Shown here in pieces: positions 17,201 through 26,348 of a stretch of DNA of 64,000 bases. The notes beneath the pieces are model-generated. The model worked only from the letters and a program-made list of their open reading frames with translations. It had not been told where the DNA came from and did not search any database. The position numbers and the translations under genes are program-made. Each line of letters opens with the position of its first letter. The stretch's first letter is position 1. This stretch comes from Gammaproteobacteria bacterium (GTDB lineage: Bacteria > Pseudomonadota > Gammaproteobacteria > UBA4575): assembly GCA_965222615.1 (NCBI GenBank), contig CBDCUI010000008.1, positions 160,001-224,000 of the forward strand, given 5' to 3'.

Positions 17201-18953
17201 TGGGCAGGCCTGTTTCGTTATAGGTGATTTCGATCGGGGTTTGCTGTTGTTGTTGTAATTGGGTGGGGCGTCCATATTCGTCGTAGTGTAATACTCGTAA
17301 AGTGCGTTGATCCGGAGTGGTGAGTTGGGTGAGGCGACGGTGGTCGTCGTATTGGAGTTTGACAATATCTTCTACATTCTCACGGGGTCCATCGATCGCC
17401 ACCAGGTCTTGATCCTGGTAGCGTAGTTGGGTGGTCTTGGTTATCGCAACATAGTCTCCTTCTGTTGTAGGACGATAACCGTTTTCACTGATTTGGACCG
17501 GCTGTTCTTTTTCATTGTAGACATAGGTAATAGTTTTGTTGGCATTTGGTTTAACACTGGGCCGGTGGATAGCCGTTTTTAAATTGGTTTCGCCTAAATA
17601 TTCAAAACGTTCGATCATTTGTTCAGGCGTGTCTTCAGCCTGTTGAGTAAGGCTGCTTAATCTTCCTAAATTGTCGTAGCGATAACGAATAGAGAGATAA
17701 TCTTGAAAGGTAGCTTCGCTGAGCTGATAGTTTTCGTTATATTGATACTGCACCCCAGTCTTGGGACAGCTGCTACAAGCAATCCCTTCACCTCGTAGGA
17801 GTAAGGCTTGCGCCTGTAGCGCATCGCGCCGCCAAGTATAAGTCGCTTGTTGCCCCAAACTGTTGGTAACCAGGGTGCGCCCAAGTTCGTTTGCATGCAG
17901 GGGCAATTGGTAGTCTAGGGTCACTCGCCCTACTTGTGCGGCTTGTTCAGATAAGTTGGCGCGCCCCTCTTGATCATACCCCCAGGTCACTGTTCTTGTG
18001 TTTTTTTCATTGGTGATGCCCGTGAGGGCATGCGGATGATTTACATCTTCGTAGTGATAGCTGCGAGTGGTTTGATTGGGATAGGTGACTTGTCGTAGGT
18101 TGCCGGCTTGATCGTAGTGGTAGTGGATGGTTTCGCCAGTGGGAATCGTGATGCGACGAAGTTTGCCGTGTAGCCTGTCGGTTACGTTTATACCGTTGGT
18201 TTGCTGCGCATCTTTTTTGTCATAGTACTGCAGCTGGATGCGGCGTTCGGCATCATCGCGGACTTGTGTGAGCCAGCCTCGGGTATTGCGATACATCGTT
18301 AAGGTGATATTGCGGGTTTGGTGATGGATGCGGGTCAGTTGGCCGTCTAAATTAAAATAGAGTGCACGACCATCACGTAGATACCAGCGATAGTGGTGGT
18401 CGTTTTGATAGATTGTCCCATCGGTGGGATTTACGGCTTGGTATTTACTTTCATTGGTTTCGGGGTTGGATTTGCGTGTAAATACGATGCGTCGCCCGTC
18501 GCTTTGTACGATCTGGAGTTGTTGTTCACTGAGTTGACCGATGCGGGTGTCGTAGCTCATGCTCCAACCCGGGCCTAAGCCGAAGTCGTTGTCGGTGTTG
18601 GCACTGTTGTAATGGCGCATGAATACTAGCTTGGTCGCAGTAGTTCCCATATAGGGTTGATGATCGATTTCGCGTTGGTATTTGTTGCCGGTGATGAGAT
18701 GGATGGGATTACCACCCCCTACGTTAGGCGTTCCCGTCTGGGCAGTGCTGCCGGGATCAGCTGCGCCTTCACATGGATTCGGCTCCCCACCGTCTGCCCC
18801 ACAGCCGCCTACTACGGCACTGTGAACAGATGAACTCAGTGCTCCACTTACACTGAGAACAAATAATATGGCTGCCCATTGCGCCAGTCGTAACAGCGGT
18901 TTGCGCCTATGCGTGGTAAGGGGATTGGTTAGTCTTTGCTTCGCATTGTACAT
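14244..18953 (-). CDS. RHS/YD-repeat polymorphic toxin with signal peptide and DUF6531-like domain
   Basis: GNPIHLITGNK, many YD repeats, core LRFPGQYFD..HYNYLRDYDPQTGRYLTSDPIGL..GLN, DPLGL autocleavage motif, ~320-aa variable C-terminus. Confidence 0.93.
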   Translation of the reverse strand: MYNAKQRLTNPLTTHRRKPLLRLAQWAAILFVLSVSGALSSSVHSAVVGGCGADGGEPNPCEGAADPGSTAQTGTPNVGGGNPIHLITGNKYQREIDHQPYMGTTATKLVFMRHYNSANTDNDFGLGPGWSMSYDTRIGQLSEQQLQIVQSDGRRIVFTRKSNPETNESKYQAVNPTDGTIYQNDHHYRWYLRDGRALYFNLDGQLTRIHHQTRNITLTMYRNTRGWLTQVRDDAERRIQLQYYDKKDAQQTNGINVTDRLHGKLRRITIPTGETIHYHYDQAGNLRQVTYPNQTTRSYHYEDVNHPHALTGITNEKNTRTVTWGYDQEGRANLSEQAAQVGRVTLDYQLPLHANELGRTLVTNSLGQQATYTWRRDALQAQALLLRGEGIACSSCPKTGVQYQYNENYQLSEATFQDYLSIRYRYDNLGRLSSLTQQAEDTPEQMIERFEYLGETNLKTAIHRPSVKPNANKTITYVYNEKEQPVQISENGYRPTTEGDYVAITKTTQLRYQDQDLVAIDGPRENVEDIVKLQYDDHRRLTQLTTPDQRTLRVLHYDEYGRPTQLQQQQQTPIEITYNETGLPKHIRQGLNSVDYRYDATGSLTQIETSDGKKIEVTYDAAGRAQQLTDGEGRQLNLELDTEGKHIHRTLSTQGQQWQTLSYLYDAQNRLQSIQDQQGNQLAEYGYDDNDRITSITDRNQNQTQLDYGPFGQLLAVTQPGNVTTRYHYNQQSQQLTGLTDARNNKTEYLQDDFGNVVQQTSADTGTTNYQYDAAGNLIQKTDAAGNLTKNHYDAANRLVQRQTEEGPNIHKTTLSYDSNSGRLAVIKTNATTETFAYNEAGNLIAHTREIDDHSFITKYAYNERQQLIKKYLPDGQTLRYHYHQKGENKNKLRAITRGNLIGRTTIIGELNSSDTPTHKHVVHGNGIVTDYTYALDGKLLAIENTQVPSFNYTYDERGNITGINQDSYQYNVLGQLTYAHVRNHEYWYEYDAIGNRIQKIKNDETTTYTYRSEGQGNALTTVTNESENTEQHYQYNPAGSPEAVTSSNQKLDEKRYVYNSQQRPVQYYENNQLKAEYTYNTFGERIKKVVYSQNQKQVTYYLYDGHTLTAEANAQGSITAQYIYYKEHQPIAKLEKKTIYAIHSDHLGTPRSVTDKHKNIIWQASYSPFGEAEITQPTYHRSFVLNLRFPGQYFDQESSQHYNYLRDYDPQTGRYLTSDPIGLKGGLNTFAYVDGNPLSGMDPLGLQTVAGDVGFNTTTGPFGFPKKPTARDYVLSLTPGGLIFVNEHSREAAFEFGKALGEDIIGLGQLILDGAVLTADTSILGQATDIIFGNDVPWWLPSNRRGQQTLDDLRALLELLREDPWLVWEALKGPYVELLDDCEYARVFGRGTYDSLSLVIGLGWLAKLGKAGKLSQILARVKAKKTAGGIVAAKTTKLGAETFYRAMSRADYEEFLRTGKIPATSETFISPTQAYSEKFRGVLVKFNVKAGTKDQLKSVGVSDGSKLVKQQEGNLPKVTKGWADENKAYFKTETRKSDNQQQVNIGLGKGKALDIFNKNIESHEVIQN

Positions 18954-19645
18954 CCCAACTTCTCATTATTTCGTAGGCAGTGGTATTTGCTTGCCAACGA
19001 TTTTTTATTTTTGGTCCCGCGCCAACCCGAGGATTTGTCAAAAAGATTTAATTTGACCTTGTTTATGCAGCGCTTTGTGTAAGGGTAAGTATAGGTTTTT
19101 ACGGACTTTACGTCAGCTTGTTTGTAAAGTTAGTTTCTTTATGAATAAGGTGAGCTATAAATTTGTTTTGCTGTAAGTTTTCTATTAATAACCTTTTTCT
19201 TTGCATGTTTTTATTGTTTATTTTTTTCTATAAATATAGATTTGGAACATTCGATCCCGTTTTTGACTATAAATAAGATCGTACATTCATGATTGCTTTG
19301 GTTACTTTATTGTAGTGTATGGTTAACAATTGAATTCAGTTATTTTCCAGTGTTTGTTTCTCTATCGACATCTCAGTTCCTAATCACATGAGATTTTTCC
19401 TTTTTAGAAATAGTCTATTGGTCCTATTAGATGGTGCAGTTGTCGCGCTTTACATTTCTTTCAACTAACTTTCATAATATTTTAGCTTGTCGCTATTAAG
19501 GTGCAGTTGTTGGTTGGATAGCTAACTCATAAAAACTCTTTGCATGCTTAATTATTAGACACGAGTGCACTTTAGTTGCACAGCCTTTTGTTCGATCAAG
19601 TGGAGTTGAAAAAGTAAGTGCTTGAAAACTAACAAAACAGAAAAT

Positions 19646-19661
19646 TGGCATAACATTTGCT
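19646..19661 (+). promoter_or_regulatory. Sigma-54 (-24/-12) promoter
   Basis: TGGCATAACATTTGCT has exact GG-N10-GC spacing and matches TGGCAC-N5-TTGCW except at one base. Confidence 0.6.
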
Positions 19662-19837
19662 GTTTTATATATAAAGAATATTGAGGGCACTTACATAGAC
19701 TAGAGATCAAAAAATACTGAATTTTTGTAATAAAAAATTAATATTTTATTGGAACAAAATGTGGTTGGTCCCATCTAACCCTGGTCGTTGGGCAAACGAC
19801 ATGAATGACCCATAACTATTAACTAGAGGATATAACG

Positions 19838-19945
19838 ATGAGTGATGTAGAGAACGCATTTTTTTACAACATACTGGTGCCAGATTTTTTGCTATTTACA
19901 GTAGCCTTGAGCGCTGTATTTGGTTTATTACTGGCTCTTTTTTGA
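19838..19945 (+). CDS. Small single-TM membrane protein, 35 aa (not in ORF track)
   Basis: MSDVENAFFYNILVPDFLLFTVALSAVFGLLLALF; AGAGGA RBS; terminator follows. Confidence 0.55.
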   Translation: MSDVENAFFYNILVPDFLLFTVALSAVFGLLLALF

Positions 19946-19983
19946 TACGTAGAACTCCTCCATTCCCTTTCTACGTGACATGG

Positions 19984-20011
19984 GCCCTGCCTTTATGGTG
20001 GGGCTTTTTTT
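19984..20011 (+). terminator. Rho-independent terminator
   Basis: GCCCTGCC-TTTAT-GGTGGGGC followed by T7. Confidence 0.7.
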
Positions 20012-20102
20012 GAGGTTAGACTTTTTAAATGCAGCTATTGCATTGATGCCTCGTTATGGGAATTTCTTAATCGCTTATTTGTGTATCGTAAGCGGTGTTT
20101 AC

Positions 20103-21755
20103 TTAATTATAGTCTTCATATAATGATTCTAAGAAAAGTACCAGGGGACTAATATCTTTTGGTTTAATATTAATCTTGGCAATTTCATCATCAGCATTTC
20201 TTATCATGCCTTGGCGCGTGTTTACAGAGACAGCTAAATAAAAGCCTATGACGGCACGTAGATCACTGATTTGACCGTTATGCATATAGGGTGCTGAATG
20301 GCCAAGATCGCGTAGACTGGGAGTTTTAAATGTTGCGATACTACGTTGCAGAGCATGGTCATCGGAGTTGCAAGCTTCGGTGTTAGTGCCACAAATTAGG
20401 TTTTTAATGGATTCCTGTGAACTTGGATAGTCTTTATTGTAAAAAACATTCCACACGCCTAAATCCACTGCTAAAGGATTAGTTTCAGATGGGATTTGTC
20501 TAAATATTTCTTTTCGGTTGGGGTGTTTTTGAGTAGCAGGTAAATAGAGATCAGCTTTTTTGTTGCGTTGTGTAATGTTTGGAATTTTTAATTTATTAAA
20601 AGCGTACTGTCCATGGATAGTGTCGTATTCCACTTGAGTAATCCCGGTGTTGTGCAGACCAAAATCGGTAAAATGCGGGGCCGCATGACATGCAATACAG
20701 TTGCCAATGGAAACATCTTCGTTTTCGCTTTGATTGAAGAAAATTCGCATTCCTTGTAGTTGTTGCATACCAAACTCATAGGCTCGGTCATGAAATTCAA
20801 AGCCACCATGTTCGGTGTTTGGGTTTTTGCTTACAAACTGAAGTTTGTTGTTTTTTTCTAGTCTGTCAATAAAGGTTAGTAACTTTTTACTATACTCTAA
20901 TGGTGTTTCGTTTTTATCGGGTGCGGTTGGCAAATGGTTTGCTTTTAAGAACGAATCATAGGGAGAAAGAATTGACTCGTCTTGTGCAAACATCAGATCT
21001 TCTGTGTAAATTGAAATTAAGTTTGTTACGGCTTCGAATACTTCGTTACAAGAAGTCTTTTGTATGTCTACACGTAATGATTCAGGGATTAAATAATCAT
21101 CGACAACATTTTCGCCTAAAAAGACTTTTGTATAAGATAATTCACCAAATTCTTGCGCCAAAGAATTATTACCATCATCTTCACGTACTACTTTGCAAAT
21201 ATGCTCAATCGCAATGGGTTTTTCGCCAGGCAGCCAACCAAGGTTTCGACCGGTTAATGTTCCACCTACTAATTGACGTAATGAAGAAAATTCTGCATCG
21301 AAATGCAATAGAAAATTTTCTCTGGGTAATGAGGCATCCACTAAAGCGGGAGCATTGCGTACAGTAGTATTTTGCCCATCATCACGGGTGGGTATAGGAC
21401 TGCGGGATGCAAAATCGGCATACGAACGCATGCCAAGCTCTTTTTGTTCGAGGTGTTCATCGACAAGATGACAAGCACGACAATTATAGCTTTGGCCAGC
21501 ATAAGGTCCATCGGCAAATGGAATTTGATAGGGGGCTTGTTCAAAAAAACGCACGGTCTTCTCCAAAGCGGGGTCACCGTTTTTTAATGGGGCATTGATT
21601 TCACCGCCACTATCTAAATGAGCTTTGAAGTATTGAGCGAAGCGTGTTTCCAGAAATAGGCGTTCACCCAACATTATTTCCGCAGGATCCAGCTCTTCTG
21701 CCTGTAAAATAGCAGTCATTAGGCAAAAGAGAGCAATGGTAAAGGAGTATCTCAT
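20103..21755 (-). CDS. Di-heme cytochrome c peroxidase / MauG-family periplasmic protein
   Basis: Signal peptide; LGERLF, CRACH, RNAP, CIACH and FKTPSLRDL..SAPYMHNG motifs. Confidence 0.85.
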   Translation of the reverse strand: MRYSFTIALFCLMTAILQAEELDPAEIMLGERLFLETRFAQYFKAHLDSGGEINAPLKNGDPALEKTVRFFEQAPYQIPFADGPYAGQSYNCRACHLVDEHLEQKELGMRSYADFASRSPIPTRDDGQNTTVRNAPALVDASLPRENFLLHFDAEFSSLRQLVGGTLTGRNLGWLPGEKPIAIEHICKVVREDDGNNSLAQEFGELSYTKVFLGENVVDDYLIPESLRVDIQKTSCNEVFEAVTNLISIYTEDLMFAQDESILSPYDSFLKANHLPTAPDKNETPLEYSKKLLTFIDRLEKNNKLQFVSKNPNTEHGGFEFHDRAYEFGMQQLQGMRIFFNQSENEDVSIGNCIACHAAPHFTDFGLHNTGITQVEYDTIHGQYAFNKLKIPNITQRNKKADLYLPATQKHPNRKEIFRQIPSETNPLAVDLGVWNVFYNKDYPSSQESIKNLICGTNTEACNSDDHALQRSIATFKTPSLRDLGHSAPYMHNGQISDLRAVIGFYLAVSVNTRQGMIRNADDEIAKINIKPKDISPLVLFLESLYEDYN

Positions 21756-21767
21756 CTAAGCCTAAAT

Positions 21768-21786
21768 AGTAATGATTATCATTAAT
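21768..21786. promoter_or_regulatory. Fur-family box
   Basis: Perfect 7-1-7 TAATGAT-T-ATCATTA at 21770-21784, ~15 bp upstream of the peroxidase-like start. Confidence 0.7.
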
Positions 21787-22099
21787 ATTTCAAATATTCT
21801 ATTATGAATAGTATGAGTTTTATGTATATAAAACTCCTTACTCCGCATTATTGTGGGGTTTTGGTTGGGTCTTTCTCAAGATAGATTTTATGCGTTGCTA
21901 AGATGGTACAACTATATTGGTCATCTTGGCCTTATCTTAATTCATTGCTATGGCTTGAATTTTCTCACTGTAACCATGTCGGATTTGTATAATTTCAACT
22001 CTCCCTACTTTGCTAAACCAAAAAATTAATCATTACTGCTCGTCAATTGCACAGAGGTGTTATTTTCACATTATTTGCCTAACTAACTATGGCAGCAGT

Positions 22100-22450
22100 T
22101 TACAATTCACCCTCAGCACGTTGACCACAATAAAAACCAAGTCCAGATGACTTAGAAGAAAATATCGTTTTGGTTCCTTTTGAGAAAAATAATACGTCTC
22201 CTGGAGATACGTTTACAGTTTCACCACCAACCTCTTCGACGGTCATTTCACCTTCAACGATTATTTTGCATTCATCATAGCTGTAGGTGTATTCGAGAGG
22301 ATTGCCTGCTTCCATTCTAAAAAAACCAAAACTTATCGGTGCGTCAGCATCATTAGATGTGCCTACATCTTGTAGATATGCATTTATTCCATCGATGTTT
22401 AATGAGCTAATATCCATTTTTTGTGCATTTTTAAAGTGTTTCATAGCCAT
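22100..22450 (-). CDS. Cupin protein, EutQ-like
   Basis: YTYSYDECKIIVEGE and PGDVLFFSKG cupin motifs. Confidence 0.8.
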   Translation of the reverse strand: MAMKHFKNAQKMDISSLNIDGINAYLQDVGTSNDADAPISFGFFRMEAGNPLEYTYSYDECKIIVEGEMTVEEVGGETVNVSPGDVLFFSKGTKTIFSSKSSGLGFYCGQRAEGEL

Positions 22451-22712
22451 AGAATTATCCTCCGTAGGAAAAAGGTTTGTGTAGCGAACTACTTATAATT
22501 ATTGTGTAATCATATCTACTTAATCAGCAATAAGCATGACAATAAACTTCAATTACACAGAATTTTTTTCTTTTACCTTTATATATTGAATAACAGGCAA
22601 ATAAGATATCTGTTGTTTAACAAAAAGAATTAAAACAATACTTTATTAGTGGTTATTATTCGATTTGTATTTGTGCAAATAGTAGTGCGGATTAAAGGCT
22701 TTACAAAATAGG

Positions 22713-22886
22713 CTAATTCTTATTCTTATAAGAATTCCAAAATAAAACATACCCTGCAAATAAAGCTGCAAGTAATGCAATTAAAGATAGTGACTGAGCT
22801 AAGGTAAAAGCAGGGATATTGATGATGATCACTGATAGTAAAATTACCAGAGCTAAAACCATTCTATTTCTTTGCCAGGGTCGCAT
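22713..22886 (-). CDS. Small two-TM membrane protein, 57 aa (not in ORF track)
   Basis: MRPWQRNRMVLALVILLSVIIINIPAFTLAQSLSLIALLAALFAGYVLFWNSYKNKN; starts 11 nt after the rhodanese stop. Confidence 0.55.
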   Translation of the reverse strand: MRPWQRNRMVLALVILLSVIIINIPAFTLAQSLSLIALLAALFAGYVLFWNSYKNKN

Positions 22887-22897
22887 AGAATATTGGA

Positions 22898-23371
22898 TTA
22901 ACCTTGATTAACAGGCGCAATTTGTTCTGGTTTTATTTTAGGGCTTAAAAATTTTTCGGCAGTGTCAGGGTTAATTTCCATTTGATTTCCATCTACAAGT
23001 GTTTGCTCATAATCATTCCAGCCTTTAAGCCCCGTTTTAAGTGATGCCGCCTTGGCGTAACCCATTTGTTTCATGGTGTGTGCTGCTAACACACTTCGAT
23101 TTCCAGAGCGGCAGATAACTACAATTTCGGTTTCCCTTGCTTGTACGAGCTCCGGGATGGTTTCACTGTAACCATAATCACACGCACTTTCTAAGATACC
23201 ACGTGGAACATTGATGGAATTTTTAATATGCATAGACGCAAATTCATTTGGTTCGCGAATATCTAGCAGATAAAGTTTTTTATTATTAGCAAGTTTCTCT
23301 GCAAGATCCCAGGGCATGATCTCATCTACATGTTCTTCATGTTCTGCAACCAAGTCTTTAAATGATTTCAT
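22898..23371 (-). CDS. Rhodanese-like sulfurtransferase
   Basis: LLDIREPNEF..HI, active-site loop CRSGNRS, L..GLKGW. Confidence 0.9.
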   Translation of the reverse strand: MKSFKDLVAEHEEHVDEIMPWDLAEKLANNKKLYLLDIREPNEFASMHIKNSINVPRGILESACDYGYSETIPELVQARETEIVVICRSGNRSVLAAHTMKQMGYAKAASLKTGLKGWNDYEQTLVDGNQMEINPDTAEKFLSPKIKPEQIAPVNQG

Positions 23372-23435
23372 AAGCAGTGTAGTGGTTGCGCTTATAGTTT
23401 AAAGCACAAAGCAAGCGATTAAGCTAAGTGTTGCT

Positions 23436-24113
23436 TCACGTATCCGTGTAGGTTTTTTTGGCTCTAAGCCCTTGTTCAACTGCAATCACGGCAGCTTCTA
23501 CACGTGAGTGGATATTGAGTTTCCTCAAAATGGCTTTGACATGTAATTTTACTGTGCCATCTGAAATACCGAGATTTCTTGCAATGACTTTATTGCTTTG
23601 ACCTTCGGCTAGTAGACTTAAAATTTCTCGCTCCCTAGGGGTTAAGTTATCCAATGGACTTGGCTCGGGTTCCAGCGGATCTTCTCCTTTGACAACCTTA
23701 GCCAGTATTTGAGTTAGATTGGGCGCGACTACAGTTTCACCTTTGATGATTTCACGCAGGGCCGCGACGACATTATCCGGTTCCATGTCTTTTAACAGAT
23801 AACCTTTGGCACCATTACGTAAGGCCTCCACTAAGTCGCGTTCATCGCCACTAGTCGTCAGCATTACAACTGGAGCTTCAAATTTAATTTGTTGAAATTG
23901 CTTTAATACTTCCAAACCCGACATTCCAGGCATACGCATATCAAGCAGCACAATATCAGGTCTTAATTCTTGGGCTAAGCGAATACCTTCACGCCCATCA
24001 CCCACCGAGGCAACTACCTCAATGCCATGGCGGCCTAGCAGGCTTTGCAGCCCTTCTCGAAATAGTGTGTGATCATCGATGACCACAATACGCAGTTTCA
24101 TATCAGTCGTCAT
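23436..24113 (-). CDS. NarL/LuxR-family response regulator
   Basis: REC domain (DDH, LLDMRMP, GYLLK) plus LTPRE..GQSNKVIA..GTVKLHV HTH. Confidence 0.92.
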   Translation of the reverse strand: MTTDMKLRIVVIDDHTLFREGLQSLLGRHGIEVVASVGDGREGIRLAQELRPDIVLLDMRMPGMSGLEVLKQFQQIKFEAPVVMLTTSGDERDLVEALRNGAKGYLLKDMEPDNVVAALREIIKGETVVAPNLTQILAKVVKGEDPLEPEPSPLDNLTPREREILSLLAEGQSNKVIARNLGISDGTVKLHVKAILRKLNIHSRVEAAVIAVEQGLRAKKTYTDT

Positions 24114-24130
24114 AACGTATATTAGTTTTA

Positions 24131-25534
24131 TCAGGTATCTTGCAGGGCATCCGGCAAATAATCAAACTCCAAGCGGACTTGTACCCCTTCATTTGGTTCA
24201 CCTTCTATGCTTAGTGTACCACCGATACGACTGGCTCGATCATGCATTACGCTGATTCCTACGTGTTCGCCAGCTGTGTTTTGTTTTTGCTGCTCATGAA
24301 TCCCTATGCCGTCATCTTCAATTAATATTGTGTAATGGCCTCTATCATCCCCTCGCATCAGTACCCGTACAGTACTTGCCTCGCTATGTTTACGTGCGTT
24401 GGTAAGGGCCTCTTGAATGATACGTAACACCTGTAACTCGATTTGTGCGGGCAATTTTATGTTTGGCCATTCCTTTTGTAGGTAGACGTGCATCCCATCA
24501 CTGTCATGTTTAAAGCGCTCAACGATTTGTTCGGCAGATTCCGTCAGGTTGTCTTGACCAATGGGTAACCGAAACTGGGCTATTAGGGCGCGTAATTCCG
24601 TATAGGCTTCGTCAATGGAGGATTCAATACGCTCAAGTTCTTGCCAGGTTGCAGCTTCATCACCTTGGTGTATGGTTTCATCCAACACACGCACTTGATA
24701 TTTTACGCTAGCTAAGGTTTGAGCCAGTGAATCGTGTAGTTCATTAGCGATATTAGTTCTCTCACGCATAATGGATAAGGCATTGGCTTCTTCATCTAAA
24801 CGTGACTTTTCTACTGCGATACCAAGGTGTTTACCTATACTTTTAAATAATTCCTGGTAGTCACTGTTAGTATTTAGTTTATTTTGATCTACGTAAAAAT
24901 TATATACGCCTAAAATTTTTCCACGATACTGTAGCGGCACCACTAATATGACTAGTTCTTCGTTATTAAAATAGTTTTTACTAATTTCGTTAGGGCATGG
25001 AATGATCGCTACAGGAATGGCTTGTTGTTCACTAGCACTGGAATCGCTTTCAGGCAAATAGGGATGTTTGTCTTGAAAGGTACTGTCTAACCCAATTTCA
25101 GCAATAAGTGTACAGCTATCCTTCTTGGCTTCTAGATACACTGCAGCAGCCCTGGCATCAACAAATTCTGTCATCGTGTGTAGAAAACGTGACAGTAGAT
25201 CATGTAAGTCACGTGACATATTAATACTGGTGACTACATCATAAAGGGTTTCAAGTGATTTATTTTTGCTCGCGATATGTTTTGTATGCTTTTGTAATTG
25301 AATTTCAGCGTCTCTTGATAAAGATTCCAGCATTTCAGCAACAAAGTTGATATCTTGACTAAGCTCGGACAATTCAGTTTCTATGGGTAATGGCATACGC
25401 GCTGATAATTCACCCGCACGAATTTTTTGCGTCCACGAACGCAAAGCAGATAAGAAATTATTCAAGAGACTGCTTGATACTGTTTGCCACTCATTCTCAG
25501 ATGATGAGAATGATTTGTGTTGGGCCTTACTCAT
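24131..25534 (-). CDS. NarX/NarQ-like GAF histidine kinase (HisKA_3), apparently soluble
   Basis: HAMP-like N-terminus, GAF region, ER..IANELHDSLAQ, QEALTNARKHS, DDGIG; no clear TM helix. Confidence 0.9.
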   Translation of the reverse strand: MSKAQHKSFSSSENEWQTVSSSLLNNFLSALRSWTQKIRAGELSARMPLPIETELSELSQDINFVAEMLESLSRDAEIQLQKHTKHIASKNKSLETLYDVVTSINMSRDLHDLLSRFLHTMTEFVDARAAAVYLEAKKDSCTLIAEIGLDSTFQDKHPYLPESDSSASEQQAIPVAIIPCPNEISKNYFNNEELVILVVPLQYRGKILGVYNFYVDQNKLNTNSDYQELFKSIGKHLGIAVEKSRLDEEANALSIMRERTNIANELHDSLAQTLASVKYQVRVLDETIHQGDEAATWQELERIESSIDEAYTELRALIAQFRLPIGQDNLTESAEQIVERFKHDSDGMHVYLQKEWPNIKLPAQIELQVLRIIQEALTNARKHSEASTVRVLMRGDDRGHYTILIEDDGIGIHEQQKQNTAGEHVGISVMHDRASRIGGTLSIEGEPNEGVQVRLEFDYLPDALQDT

Positions 25535-25613
25535 ATGTCTATGTTAGTGCTTGTTATTAGTTTGATGTAAAAATGTAATTATACGCTTTATATAGCTTGT
25601 AAATTCTCACGAA

Positions 25614-26330
25614 TTAGTCCCAAATTTCGCGTAAATGGTAGTTACCACCCAGTAATTTAACTTGTTCAGAAATATGTGCTGCACGCTTGCTTACATACTC
25701 AGAAGGTTTGGAAGCATACATTTTGTGTGGATTAGGAAGCACGGCTGCCAATAAGGCGGCTTCGTGTTGGTTAAGTGTGCTAGTGGTTTTTCCAAAATGC
25801 ACATAAGCTGCATTGTAAGCGCCAAAGATATTTGGCCCAAATTCTGCAACATTGACATAAACTTCTAAAATTCGCCATTTTGGCCACATCGCCTCGATCA
25901 ATATGGCAAAGTAAGCTTCTAAGCCTTTTCTGAGTAAACTTTTGTTTGGCCATAAAAATACATTTTTTGCTACCTGTTGGGTAATGGTGCTGCCGCCTCG
26001 CAGCATTTTATTTTGTTTATTTTTTTCGATGGCAGATTGAATGGCCTTAAAATCAAACCCAAAATGTGTGGGAAATTTTTGGTCTTCAGCTGCAACTACA
26101 GCAATTAATAAGTGTGGAGAGATTTCTTCTATATTTACCCAAAATAGCTTTATTGGAATTTGTTTTGAGGATATTGCTTTTGCAAGCATGAAGCTTGTAT
26201 AAGGAGGATTAAACCAACGTAATGAAAGTGTCACTAATATACTTAGGACTATGAACGCGAAGATAACATTTCGAATCCAATAAAATGGTTTAAGCCAAAA
26301 CCTAGTTTTCGTTTTTCGACGTCTGGTCAC
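25614..26330 (-). CDS. mtgA: Monofunctional biosynthetic peptidoglycan transglycosylase
   Basis: GT51 motifs AAEDQKF..H.GFD, RGGSTITQQVAKN, RKGLEA, K.RILEVY.N. Confidence 0.93.
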   Translation of the reverse strand: MTRRRKTKTRFWLKPFYWIRNVIFAFIVLSILVTLSLRWFNPPYTSFMLAKAISSKQIPIKLFWVNIEEISPHLLIAVVAAEDQKFPTHFGFDFKAIQSAIEKNKQNKMLRGGSTITQQVAKNVFLWPNKSLLRKGLEAYFAILIEAMWPKWRILEVYVNVAEFGPNIFGAYNAAYVHFGKTTSTLNQHEAALLAAVLPNPHKMYASKPSEYVSKRAAHISEQVKLLGGNYHLREIWD

Positions 26331-26348
26331 GATTAAAGCATAAAAGAA

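Noticed and set aside
19780-19815. c-di-GMP-I riboswitch suggested by GGCAAAC
   Set aside because: The GAAA-tetraloop stem and downstream GACGCAAAGC element are absent.
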